Notes: generated by a model not told the origin, from the sequence alone. DNA of 64,000 nt from Gemmatimonadota bacterium (GCA_040388535.1 JAZKBR010000007.1:4862-68861); one strand, 5' to 3'; counted from the stretch's first letter, positions 1 to 7,915 are shown. Program-made: numbers and translations.

Positions 1-1658
1 ACGGGCAAGGAATCCTGGCCAGCCGGAAAGTGCCCTCCAGCCCAACCGGCCGGTCCCGGTCGACCCGTCTGATCACGGAAGCGCGCGGAGGCCTCGTCCC
101 AGCTTAGCGTGCGACCATTGTCCTCGAAGGGCTCGGTCCAGTACTTCCGGTCGCGATAACCGCCGCGGTCAACGAATTGCTGGAACTCCGCGTTGGTCAC
201 CTCATTCCGATCGATGTCGAATGGGGGAAGCCGATAGGGACCGACCCATCCGATGAAGGCGATGTAGTCGCCATACTCGCGGGCCCCGACACGGACCATT
301 CCGGGCGAGGCCATCGCCATCGTGTCAAGCGCGAACCGCATCGAATCGTGGAGCGGCGGAGCCACGACGATCGCCTTCCCCGCGCTCGGCGTGAGGCGCC
401 ACCGGAAATAACCCTTGGGGACGACCACGCCTTGCATCGGTGTCCTGCCCAGCTTTCGCCACTCACTCTCCGGGGCGAGATAGTCCTGAATTGCGATATC
501 GACACCGGAGGGCGTCGAACTGACGGCAATAGTTCGGCTCTGCTGCGCCGCCAGTTCCAGAAGTGTCGAATCCCGTGGCAGATACGAGAGTGCGCGTTGC
601 AGCACGGAAGCCGCCGACAACGCCAGGTCGTTCTCCACCAGGCGAGTGACCATCGCCGGTGCCTCCTGGCGTGCCCACCGCCGATGCGCCGCCCGCCGCA
701 GGACGCCGCCGGTCACCGCGGCCAGCGCGATCACCACTGCTGCACCGGCGAAGACAGCGCGCCGCGGGGTGGTGCGCGCGACCGCTTCGTCGCGGTGAGG
801 AAGAGGGCTCCCTGAGATTTTCGCGAGAGACGCCTGCAATGCGTCACGCATCGCCAGCGCATTCGGAAATCGCAACGCGAGGTCCCGCGTCATCGCGCGT
901 GCGATCAACGACTCGACATCCGCGGTCAGTTCTGGCCGTAACAGGCTGAGCGATGGGGGGGTCGATTGGCTCACGGCGCGCAATAGCGCCCAGTCAGTGG
1001 CGCCCTCGAACGGCACCCGGCCAGCGATCAGCTCATAGAGGACCACGCCGAGGCTCCAGAGGTCGGTGCGGCCGTCGACGACCTCACCGAATGCCTGCTC
1101 GGGAGACATATAGCTGGGCGTGCCGGCCGGGGCCCCGACTTCGGTGCGGGAGAGGGTGGCGCTTGCGCTGTCGGCCGGCGAAAGCAACTTCGCGAGGCCG
1201 AAGTCGAGCACCTTCACCTGCCCGCGTGGCGTAACCATCACATTCGCCGGCTTGAGGTCGCGATGCACCACGCCGTGCTCGTGCGCTTCGACCAGTGCAT
1301 CCGCGATCTGGAGACCGTAGCCGAGGACTTCGCTTACTGGGAGGGTACCGCGTCGCAGCATGCTCGAGAGTGGCTCTCCTGGAACACACTCCATCACCAG
1401 AAAGGCAGTATCCCCTTCTTCACCAGCATCGAAGACCGCGGCAATGTTCGGATGACTGAGCTTGGCAAGCGCCAGCGCCTCTTTCCGGAAACGGCGGCGG
1501 GCCGATACGTCGAGCAGGATGCTCGGCGGTAACACCTTGAGGGCGACATCGCGCTGAAGCCGCTCGTCGTGGGCGCGGTAGACCACACCCATCCCGCCGG
1601 CCCCGAGCATCGAGACGATCTGGTACCTTCCGAGGCGGGAACCGGGGACCAAGGTCAT
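1..1658 (-). CDS. membrane-anchored Ser/Thr protein kinase with extracytoplasmic FGE-sulfatase (SUMF1-like) domain; 3' end lies beyond the window start
   Basis: Absent from the ORF track because it runs off the left edge. Own translation from ATG at 1658 gives MTLVPGSRLGRYQIVSMLGAGGMGVVYRAHD, HRDLKPANV, DFGLAK and SYMSPEQ. TM stretch AVFAGAAVVIALAAVTGGVL lies at about 700-760. Near 120-240 the sequence YRLPPFDIDRNEVTNAEFQQFVDRGGYRDRKYW is typical of the FGE-sulfatase fold. Confidence 0.85.
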   Translation of the reverse strand, partial: MTLVPGSRLGRYQIVSMLGAGGMGVVYRAHDERLQRDVALKVLPPSILLDVSARRRFRKEALALAKLSHPNIAAVFDAGEEGDTAFLVMECVPGEPLSSMLRRGTLPVSEVLGYGLQIADALVEAHEHGVVHRDLKPANVMVTPRGQVKVLDFGLAKLLSPADSASATLSRTEVGAPAGTPSYMSPEQAFGEVVDGRTDLWSLGVVLYELIAGRVPFEGATDWALLRAVSQSTPPSLSLLRPELTADVESLIARAMTRDLALRFPNALAMRDALQASLAKISGSPLPHRDEAVARTTPRRAVFAGAAVVIALAAVTGGVLRRAAHRRWARQEAPAMVTRLVENDLALSAASVLQRALSYLPRDSTLLELAAQQSRTIAVSSTPSGVDIAIQDYLAPESEWRKLGRTPMQGVVVPKGYFRWRLTPSAGKAIVVAPPLHDSMRFALDTMAMASPGMVRVGAREYGDYIAFIGWVGPYRLPPFDIDRNEVTNAEFQQFVDRGGYRDRKYWTEPFEDNGRTLSWDEASARFRDQTGRPGPAGWAGGHFPAGQDSLP

Positions 1659-1702
1659 GGCAGAAGCATTCGCCGGTACCGGCTACCCCGCAAGGGGCGG
1701 GA

Positions 1703-2950
1703 TCACTGCCCGGTTCGCAATCGGTACAGCCCCAGGTGGTACGACTCATCCTCATCCTGCCACGTCCCGAGAACTGCGTCATCGCTGATGTATTTCGGTT
1801 CGACTCCCACCGGAATCGTGAGATCGCATCGCCAGACGCCATTGCGATCAAAGACGCTCCAGAGCGAGGGCTTCTTCCGGAGATATGGTCCGACATAGGC
1901 GCGAACCCAGAGTTCGCCGTTGCCGCGGGTGAGGATCAGGTCATATGGTGGCTGGACCTTCGGGAACCGCATCTCACGTAGCTCGCGGTAGAATTCTGTC
2001 CTGCCGGCTGGCTCCAGCGGAAAGGCTTCATCGCGCTCGCGAACGTACGTGCGATAATCATCCCCGCTCACAGGGACCGGTTGATGCTTCCACCTGAGCT
2101 GACGAACAACGCGACCATCCCGGGCGTAAAAGCTGATCTCATATCTGTCGCCCACTCCCACGGCGAGCAGGGTATCCCAGATGCTCTGGCGGGTTACGCG
2201 ACCGTAGGGGGTACGGGCTGTGCGCACGACCTCGCCTGGATCGACAAACACGACACCATCCGGACCGGGGAAGGCCCCAACGGTCGATCGCAGCGTGCCA
2301 TCCGCTCGCAGGGTCACCATGGGCATGGTGTCACGATGCGGCCCGGGTCGTGGTTGCCAGCCGGCCGGAAAGAAGGTCGTGGCGAGCAGAACGCCGTCGC
2401 GGAACGTGCCGTTGACGGCGAAAGGCGCACCTGGTCCAGCCTCGGGGAGTAGCGCCGTGCGCCGCACGGTACCGCCGGCATCCAGCACAGTGAGCCGATG
2501 CAGCGCGGGATCTGACACGATGATCGAGTCGCCCGGGAGTGTGCCGACGAAGTTGATCGCGCGAAATTCGCCCGGCCCGGTTCCCTCCCCGCCCACGACC
2601 CGAATCAGCCGACCTTCTCCGCCATAGAAGTAGATCTGCCTGCTGCTGAGATCTGCCGCAACGATCCAACCGATCTGCGACCGCGTGGCGAGGAGAGCTC
2701 CAGCAAATCCCTGACGACCACCTTCCTTACCGTCGAGATTCAGGAACGGCACCGAGTCAACGCGATAGGCCAGACTATCGGCGAGTTCGGGTGCATTGCT
2801 GGTAATGATCGCGACGCCGACGCTGTCGATGATGAAATGCCTGGACGGATTTGTCGCGGTCTCTGACGAGCAAGCCGCGGCGAGGCCAAGCACGAGGATG
2901 ACCGGGAGTCCACCTACCGCGTAGCGACGCGCAAGGCGATCAGGGTTCAC
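1703..2950 (-). CDS. lipoprotein, 6-bladed beta-propeller (NHL/TolB-like) family
   Basis: 415-aa ORF with signal peptide and lipobox (LGLAAAC) and a blade motif GEGTGPGEF. Ends 44 nt upstream of the kinase start on the same strand. Confidence 0.75.
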   Translation of the reverse strand: MNPDRLARRYAVGGLPVILVLGLAAACSSETATNPSRHFIIDSVGVAIITSNAPELADSLAYRVDSVPFLNLDGKEGGRQGFAGALLATRSQIGWIVAADLSSRQIYFYGGEGRLIRVVGGEGTGPGEFRAINFVGTLPGDSIIVSDPALHRLTVLDAGGTVRRTALLPEAGPGAPFAVNGTFRDGVLLATTFFPAGWQPRPGPHRDTMPMVTLRADGTLRSTVGAFPGPDGVVFVDPGEVVRTARTPYGRVTRQSIWDTLLAVGVGDRYEISFYARDGRVVRQLRWKHQPVPVSGDDYRTYVRERDEAFPLEPAGRTEFYRELREMRFPKVQPPYDLILTRGNGELWVRAYVGPYLRKKPSLWSVFDRNGVWRCDLTIPVGVEPKYISDDAVLGTWQDEDESYHLGLYRLRTGQ

Positions 2951-3638
2951 GGCACGGCCCGTCGCCGCTTTTCTTGGACGCGCAGCGGAACATCTTCAAC
3001 AACGCGACATCGCGCTTGTAGCCGTCGGAAGAGCGGTCCGGATCGCCAGCAAAGTCATACCGCCAGTACAACTGTGGCGATCTGACCTCCACTATCTCGT
3101 TAAAGCCGTCAAATCGAACGCAGATGAAGTGCTCCTCCGGCTCGACCCGCGTCCCCTTCGGCGGCTTGCAGGGGGTTCCACCGACTCGCTTGAGCGGGAC
3201 CTCCGCGAGGTGTGCTTTGTCCAATCGCTGAAGCAGCGCCCGCCAATCCTGCTCCTGCGCAAAGCGACCAATGCAGAGGCCGCCAGCCTTGTTCGACCAG
3301 CGTTCACCGCAGAGGGTGGTCGCAAACGGCCAGGTGATGGTCTCCCCGATCCATACCAGCAACAGTTGGGCGCTCACCGTGTCGCCGTGCTGCCGCAGCA
3401 CCAGAACACGGTCGGGCATCATATTACCGCTCGTGTTCCAGTAGCGGATCTCGCGCTCGCCGGCGCCAAGTTTCACATCGCGAAGCTCAGGGATCCTTGC
3501 GGCGATGAGGGCGCACTGGAGGTAGTAGCCGGGGGTCGAGCAATCGGGTCCCGACGCTTCCTGTGCTTGGATGGAAGACACACAGGCAAGCATCATCACA
3601 GCGAACAGGAACGAACCTGCGAGGGTGCACTGCTTCAT
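2940..3638 (-). CDS. secreted hypothetical protein (Cys-rich)
   Basis: 232-aa ORF with N-terminal signal peptide (LFAVMMLACVSSIQAQE). Overlaps both neighbours, consistent with an operon. No family recognised. Confidence 0.65.
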   Translation of the reverse strand: MKQCTLAGSFLFAVMMLACVSSIQAQEASGPDCSTPGYYLQCALIAARIPELRDVKLGAGEREIRYWNTSGNMMPDRVLVLRQHGDTVSAQLLLVWIGETITWPFATTLCGERWSNKAGGLCIGRFAQEQDWRALLQRLDKAHLAEVPLKRVGGTPCKPPKGTRVEPEEHFICVRFDGFNEIVEVRSPQLYWRYDFAGDPDRSSDGYKRDVALLKMFRCASKKSGDGPCREP

Positions 3639-4123
3639 TCAGGGGGCGCCTCGCGATCCCACGTCCCGAAGCTTTCTCGCCAACCTCCCCCACGGTACTC
3701 GGTGCCGACCAGCTTGGCGCGTCCGGGGATATCGAGGTTTACCGTAACGATGGAATCCGTCACGCCAGAATAGCGCCCATCTGCGTTGAACACCTTCCAT
3801 GCGGCGATCATCAGGATCACCTGTCTTACTCTGGCAGTATCGCTTCGCGCATACACGGGTTCAGAATCACGCCGAGCGGCCAAGCGCCGGAGCGCAGCCG
3901 TAACGAATCCGCAGATCTCGGCCTCGCTCACTGGGTTTTCCGAATCCTGAAAGACCCGGATCGGGGGAAGATCCCCACGCGGGCACCCACCCAACCGCGC
4001 CAGCGAATCGGCGAGGCCGAGCATCCCGGCAACCGGAGTCTGCGGTCCCTCGACATCAGCAACCGGGCGCCCGCAGCCGAGCAGGACAAATGTCATCGCG
4101 CAGGCGAGCAGGGCACGCCTCAC
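3635..4123 (-). CDS. hypothetical lipoprotein
   Basis: 162-aa ORF with lipobox VLLGC. Has 4-nt overlaps with both neighbours. Confidence 0.65.
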   Translation of the reverse strand: MRRALLACAMTFVLLGCGRPVADVEGPQTPVAGMLGLADSLARLGGCPRGDLPPIRVFQDSENPVSEAEICGFVTAALRRLAARRDSEPVYARSDTARVRQVILMIAAWKVFNADGRYSGVTDSIVTVNLDIPGRAKLVGTEYRGGGWRESFGTWDREAPPE

Positions 4124-4500
4124 CAGAAATTCTCATCCTTCCGTGCCCTTAACGCCTTCACCTGGAACTCGGCCAGCTTCCGCACCAGCTTCTCCGGCAC
4201 CGGCTCATCATACGGCAGCTTCAGGAAGTTGTCGGTGGTCTGATACTTCTCCAGCTCCTTCGCGAACGCCTTCAGCGCCTTGGCCGATGGCGCCAGCGAG
4301 ACGTGCGCCTTGTGCGCCGAAAAGGCGAAGAGGAAGCGCGGCTCGATGAAGAAGGGGTTGCCCCATTTGATCGCCTCCTCGGCGTCGGGGGCCACACTCT
4401 TGAGGATCTTGTAGATCTGCTTCAGGTGCGGCCGCCGCACCGTCGGCGCCGCGGCGATGTATTCCGCGATGGTCTTCGCGCGCTTGGTTGCCACGACCAA
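4120..4500 (-). CDS. DUF1801 (YdhG-like) domain protein
   Basis: The 126-aa translation (TIAEYIAAAP...AIKWGNPFF...HVSLAP) resembles the YdhG/DUF1801 family. The track start is TTG at 4500. GTG at 4494 sits 8 nt after AGGAGG and is the more likely start. Confidence 0.8.
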   Translation of the reverse strand: MVVATKRAKTIAEYIAAAPTVRRPHLKQIYKILKSVAPDAEEAIKWGNPFFIEPRFLFAFSAHKAHVSLAPSAKALKAFAKELEKYQTTDNFLKLPYDEPVPEKLVRKLAEFQVKALRARKDENFW

Positions 4501-4631
4501 CCCCTCCTCAGGAAGTACACCCCGCTTGGCAGATGAGTGTAGCGCCTTTCGGGCACTGCCGCACTCGTCCCTCGAGAATTCACCCGCACCAATGAGTCGC
4601 CAGGCTCATCCTCTGGGCGAATCACCCCCTC

Positions 4632-5092
4632 CGTCACGCTGCCACCCCCGCGCGTCACGCCGCCACCCTCGTCCGTCACGCGAACCGGCTCCTTCGTTCT
4701 GAACACAGGGCGTCCGTCACGCCGACCGACCGCTTCGTCACGGTGACCACCCCGTCCGTCACGCTGACCGACCGTTCCGTCACGGCGGCCACCCCGCGCG
4801 CTAACACGACCGGGCTCTCCGTTTTACAAACCAGCCCCTCCGTCACGCCGACCGACCGCTCCGTCACGTCGACCACCCCGCGCGCTAACATGACCTGGCT
4901 CTCCGTTTTACAAACCGGCCCCTCCGTCACGCCGACCGACCGTTCCGTCACGGCGACCACCCCGCGCGCTAAGAATTCCACCCCGCGCGTCACGCCGACT
5001 ACCCTGTCCGTCACGGCGACCACCCCGCGCGCTAACATGACCGGGCCGTCCGTTTTACAAACCACTCCGTCCGTCACCCTTCCCTCTTCCCC
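4632..5092. repeat. phase-locked tandem array of 22 units of 21 bp (84-bp A1-A2-B-C super-repeat)
   Basis: CGTCACG cores occur at 4632, 4653, 4674, 4715, 4736, 4757, 4778, 4841, 4862, 4925, 4946, 4988, 5009 and 5072. CGCTAACA-type units occur at 4799, 4883, 4967 and 5030. CGTTTTACAAACC units occur at 4820, 4904 and 5051. There is one 1-nt phase slip near 4695-4715. Confidence 0.9.
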
Positions 5093-5117
5093 CTTCCCTC
5101 TTCCCGCTTCCCCCTCC

Positions 5118-5152
5118 TTGACATTCCATAAGCCCAGACTTATCTATCTCCC
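5118..5152 (+). promoter_or_regulatory. sigma70-like promoter TTGACA-17-TATCTA ending 6 nt before the ATG (leaderless arsR-like gene), with inverted repeat ATAAG-N6-CTTAT at 5128-5143
   Basis: TTGACA at 5118-5123, 17-nt spacer, TATCTA at 5141-5146, 6 nt, then ATG at 5153. No Shine-Dalgarno sequence. Confidence 0.55.
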
Positions 5153-5482
5153 ATGCGCTCCGCCCCTGCCCTCGAAGGAAAAGTCTTCCTCGCCCTCGCT
5201 GACCCCTCTCGGCGGGCGATTTTCGAATCGCTCACCCGCGGCGAGGCGGCCGTGAAGGATCTCACTGCCCGCTTCGACATCTCGCAGCCTGCGGTCTCGC
5301 AACATCTCGCCGCCCTGAAGGACGCCGGTCTGGTGCACGGTCGCCGCGAGGGCCGCAACGTCTTCTATCGCGTCGAACCGAAAGGGATGAAGCCACTCAT
5401 CGACTGGATCGCCCACTACCGCGCCTTCTGGACCGAACACGTCGACCGCCTCGAACAATTGCTGGAGACCATGGACCCATGA
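5153..5482 (+). CDS. ArsR/SmtB-family transcriptional regulator
   Basis: 109 aa with wHTH signature ALADPSRRAIFESL...ISQPAVSQHLAALKDAGLV. ATGA overlap with the next gene. Confidence 0.9.
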   Translation: MRSAPALEGKVFLALADPSRRAIFESLTRGEAAVKDLTARFDISQPAVSQHLAALKDAGLVHGRREGRNVFYRVEPKGMKPLIDWIAHYRAFWTEHVDRLEQLLETMDP

Positions 5483-5919
5483 ACTTCGCCGACACCACCG
5501 CCGCCGCGCAGACCGATGCCATCTCGTTCGAGTTCGATCTCGCACACCCGCCCGAGAAGGTCTGGCGTGCCCTGACCGACCCCGCCCTGCTCGAGCAATG
5601 GCTGCTGCCGGTGTTCGACATGCAGCTTGCACCGGGCACCGCGTTCTCGTTCAAGACGCAGCCCTATCCGGGATGGGACGGCACCGTGGCGTGCCGCATG
5701 CTGGAAGTCGATCCGCCCCGCAAGCTGAGCTACGCCTGGGTCGTCGGCGAAATGCTCGACACCGTGGTGACCTTCACGCTCACCTCCACACCGTCGGGCT
5801 CGCACCTCACCCTGGTCCAGTCCGGCTTCAAGCCCGACCAGAAGCAGAACTTCGGTGGCGCGCGCTATGGCTGGAAGATGATGGGTGGCAAACTCGTTGA
5901 CCTGCTCGGGAGGATCTGA
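5479..5919 (+). CDS. SRPBCC / AHSA1-like (activator of Hsp90 ATPase homologue) domain protein
   Basis: 146 aa; the sequence PPEKVWRALTDPALLEQWL is typical of this family. Translationally coupled to arsR. Confidence 0.8.
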   Translation: MNFADTTAAAQTDAISFEFDLAHPPEKVWRALTDPALLEQWLLPVFDMQLAPGTAFSFKTQPYPGWDGTVACRMLEVDPPRKLSYAWVVGEMLDTVVTFTLTSTPSGSHLTLVQSGFKPDQKQNFGGARYGWKMMGGKLVDLLGRI

Positions 5920-6290
5920 TGCCGAAGAGTGCAGCCACACCAGCGGACTGGCGCGTCGACGCGCTCGACCGGATGCGCGCGCTCATCGTCGAGGCCGACG
6001 CCCAGATGATCGAGGAACGGAAATGGAAGAAGGCGTCGAACAAGATGGCGGGCGTGCCGGTCTGGTCGCACGACGGCATCGTCTGCACCGGCGAGACCTA
6101 CAAGACGTACATCAAGCTGACCTTCGCGAAGGGCGCGGCACTCCCCGACCCCTCGGGGCTCTTCAACGCCTCGCTCGATGGCGGCACCCGCCGCGCCATC
6201 GACATCCACGAAGGCAACGAGGTCAACGCGCGCGCGTTCAAGGCGCTGATCAAGGCGGCGGTGGCGCTCAACCGCAAGCCCGCGAAGTAG
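5919..6290 (+). CDS. DUF1801 (YdhG-like) domain protein
   Basis: 123 aa (IEERKWKKASNKMAGVPVWSHDGIVCTGETYKTYIKLTFAKG). TGATG overlap with the upstream gene. Confidence 0.75.
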   Translation: MPKSAATPADWRVDALDRMRALIVEADAQMIEERKWKKASNKMAGVPVWSHDGIVCTGETYKTYIKLTFAKGAALPDPSGLFNASLDGGTRRAIDIHEGNEVNARAFKALIKAAVALNRKPAK

Positions 6291-6294
6291 CCCG

Positions 6295-6603
6295 CTAGAC
6301 CGGCGTGAGGTGCCGCGGCTCGATCCGCGGCGGCGCATCTCGCTCCGACGCGAGTCGCCGCTCCGCGAAGTCGACCCGATCGTCGAGTTCGGCCAGATGT
6401 GCCCGCAGCTCAGCGAGTTCATCCTGCAGCCCCGTCTCGCGGGCGATCTGTGCCTCCTCGACTAGCGCGACCAGCTCCCTCTCCCGCGCCTCGAGTCGCT
6501 GCTCGCGCGCGCCAAGGGAGAGACGCCAGGCCCGCAGTGCGGTCCCCGCGACCAGCACGAAAACCGTCACGCCCTTCAGAAATGCGATCGTCTCCGGATC
6601 CAT
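6295..6603 (-). CDS. hypothetical membrane-anchored coiled-coil protein
   Basis: 102 aa with one N-terminal TM segment followed by a Glu/Arg/Leu-rich helix. AGGAGGG lies upstream of the ATG and GC3 is high. Confidence 0.6.
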   Translation of the reverse strand: MDPETIAFLKGVTVFVLVAGTALRAWRLSLGAREQRLEARERELVALVEEAQIARETGLQDELAELRAHLAELDDRVDFAERRLASERDAPPRIEPRHLTPV

Positions 6604-6627
6604 ACTGCCCTCCTGGCTGCCTGGTCT

Positions 6628-7146
6628 CTAGCCTCTAGTCTTTCCTGCCATCTTGCTTCTTCCCCTCACCGGCCGTCTCGCCGGTTTCGTCGGGCGTACC
6701 ACCAGCTCAACCTCGCGCCCGAGGAGATGCAGGAGCGCGAGCAACTGCCCGATCGATTTGCCTGAGTGACCCGGATCCAGCAACCGATAGAGCTGACTCG
6801 CGGAGGTCCCGAGACGGCGCACGACTTCGCGCTTGGCGAGGTCGCTCTCCTCCATCGCCTTGCCAGCTTCCACCGTCAGGCGGTGCAGCAGCACCTCGTT
6901 CAAATAATCCGGGTCCTGATGGTATTCCCGAACAGCATCAAGATGGACCGTGTCTTCCGCACCGGATTCCAGCCGATAGGTGAACGCCTCCCGGCCAGCC
7001 TCGGCATCGGGGAAGGCATCAACCACCCGATCGTCGCTCGTCGGCGGAGTGGCCAGCTTGGCATAGGGATAGACGAAGGTCTCCCGCAGGGTCCGAACCT
7101 CAAATGCCTTCTTCCTGTTGTTCGCCGCTACGGCCTGGATCTTCAC
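6628..7146 (-). CDS. antitoxin-like protein with C-terminal XRE-type HTH (partner of DUF4160 protein)
   Basis: GTG at 7146 overlaps the upstream stop (GTGA). The longer 202-aa track ORF would overlap the DUF4160 gene by 94 nt. C-terminal HTH: REVVRRLGTSASQLYRLLDPGHSGKSIGQLLALLHLLG. Confidence 0.65.
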   Translation of the reverse strand: MKIQAVAANNRKKAFEVRTLRETFVYPYAKLATPPTSDDRVVDAFPDAEAGREAFTYRLESGAEDTVHLDAVREYHQDPDYLNEVLLHRLTVEAGKAMEESDLAKREVVRRLGTSASQLYRLLDPGHSGKSIGQLLALLHLLGREVELVVRPTKPARRPVRGRSKMAGKTRG

Positions 7147-7337
7147 AGCTCGCCCTCCCGCTCTAGTTCCGCAATAAGACGGAGAATCCGATCCGTGACC
7201 CGGCCCTTCATCGCCACCCGATTGTCGAGATCCCACTTCACGACAAGCGTCCCATCCCGGTATACGTGAACGTGCCGCGGCGGGTCATCGCCCTTCCACG
7301 TGACGAAGATGAAGCCGCCCCGTCGAAGCTTGCCCAT
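7143..7337 (-). CDS. DUF4160-family small protein (toxin-like component of DUF4160/DUF2442-type pairs)
   Basis: 64 aa; FIFVTWKGDDPPRHVHVYRDG matches my recollection of the DUF4160 PPHxHV signature. Confidence 0.7.
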   Translation of the reverse strand: MGKLRRGGFIFVTWKGDDPPRHVHVYRDGTLVVKWDLDNRVAMKGRVTDRILRLIAELEREGEL

Positions 7338-7343
7338 TTATTA

Positions 7344-7372
7344 ACGTTACCGTCACCGGTAACACCTAGCAA
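7344..7372 (-). promoter_or_regulatory. promoter TTGCTA-17-TAACGT ending 6 nt before ATG 7337, with perfect inverted repeat GTTACCG-TCAC-CGGTAAC (7346-7363) in the spacer
   Basis: Read on the minus strand: TTGCTA ggtgttaccggtgacgg TAACGT taataa ATG. Confidence 0.5.
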
Positions 7373-7486
7373 GATGGGCCGCTACGAGCTGGCCAAAGAA
7401 ATGCACTCAAACCCGCGACTCCCTAAAGCCGTACCCGCATCCATCGTCGTCCGGCATAGACGATCCCCGCCGTCAGCAGTGCCTCC

Positions 7487-7915
7487 TCAGGCCAGCAGCC
7501 GCTTCTCCAGCAGAATGCTGCGATGACCCACCGGATGGTCCTCGAGGACCCCTTGGTTCGAATACCCCAGCCGCGCGTAGAATTCCGGGCCCTGAAAGGA
7601 GTGCGTGGCGAGGAAGATCACTCGGCATTCGCGTGTTCTCGCGTGCGACTCTGCCGCTGCGAGTAGCGCCGACCCGATACCCTGCCCTCGCATCGACTGG
7701 GCCACCCAGAGATGCGAGACATAGGCGCAACCGCCCCAGGTGTAGCCATAGACGCCCGCGAGCACAGCACCATGCGAGTCCTGATGCGCCGCAGAGAACG
7801 ATTCCGCATCGTGGTAACCGGTCGCGGCCGCATTGAATTCATTGATGCGCTGGTCGAGTAATGCATGGAGTGCCGGCGCATCACCCCCGTGCACATGAAT
7901 CGGCACGTTGCTCAC
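7487..7915 (-). CDS. GNAT-family N-acetyltransferase
   Basis: GTG at 7915 overlaps the DoxX stop (GTGA). Acetyl-CoA motif AQSMRGQGIGSALL. The 312-aa track ORF is an artefactual upstream extension across the DoxX gene. Confidence 0.75.
   Translation of the reverse strand: MSNVPIHVHGGDAPALHALLDQRINEFNAAATGYHDAESFSAAHQDSHGAVLAGVYGYTWGGCAYVSHLWVAQSMRGQGIGSALLAAAESHARTRECRVIFLATHSFQGPEFYARLGYSNQGVLEDHPVGHRSILLEKRLLA

Noticed and set aside
4632-5092. CRISPR array or plasmid-type iteron origin
   Set aside because: The units are contiguous with no unique spacers, and four unit types alternate in a fixed order. No cas, rep, par or dnaA genes and no AT-rich unwinding region lie nearby. It is kept as an unexplained phased repeat instead.
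4676-5255. ORFs 4676..5077 (minus, 133 aa) and 4743..5255 (plus, 170 aa) as heptad-repeat proteins
   Set aside because: Both strands are open simply because the 21-bp unit lacks stop triplets. The plus ORF runs through the arsR promoter and into arsR in another frame, and neither has a convincing SD or start context. Translation is not excluded, so a test is listed in the findings.
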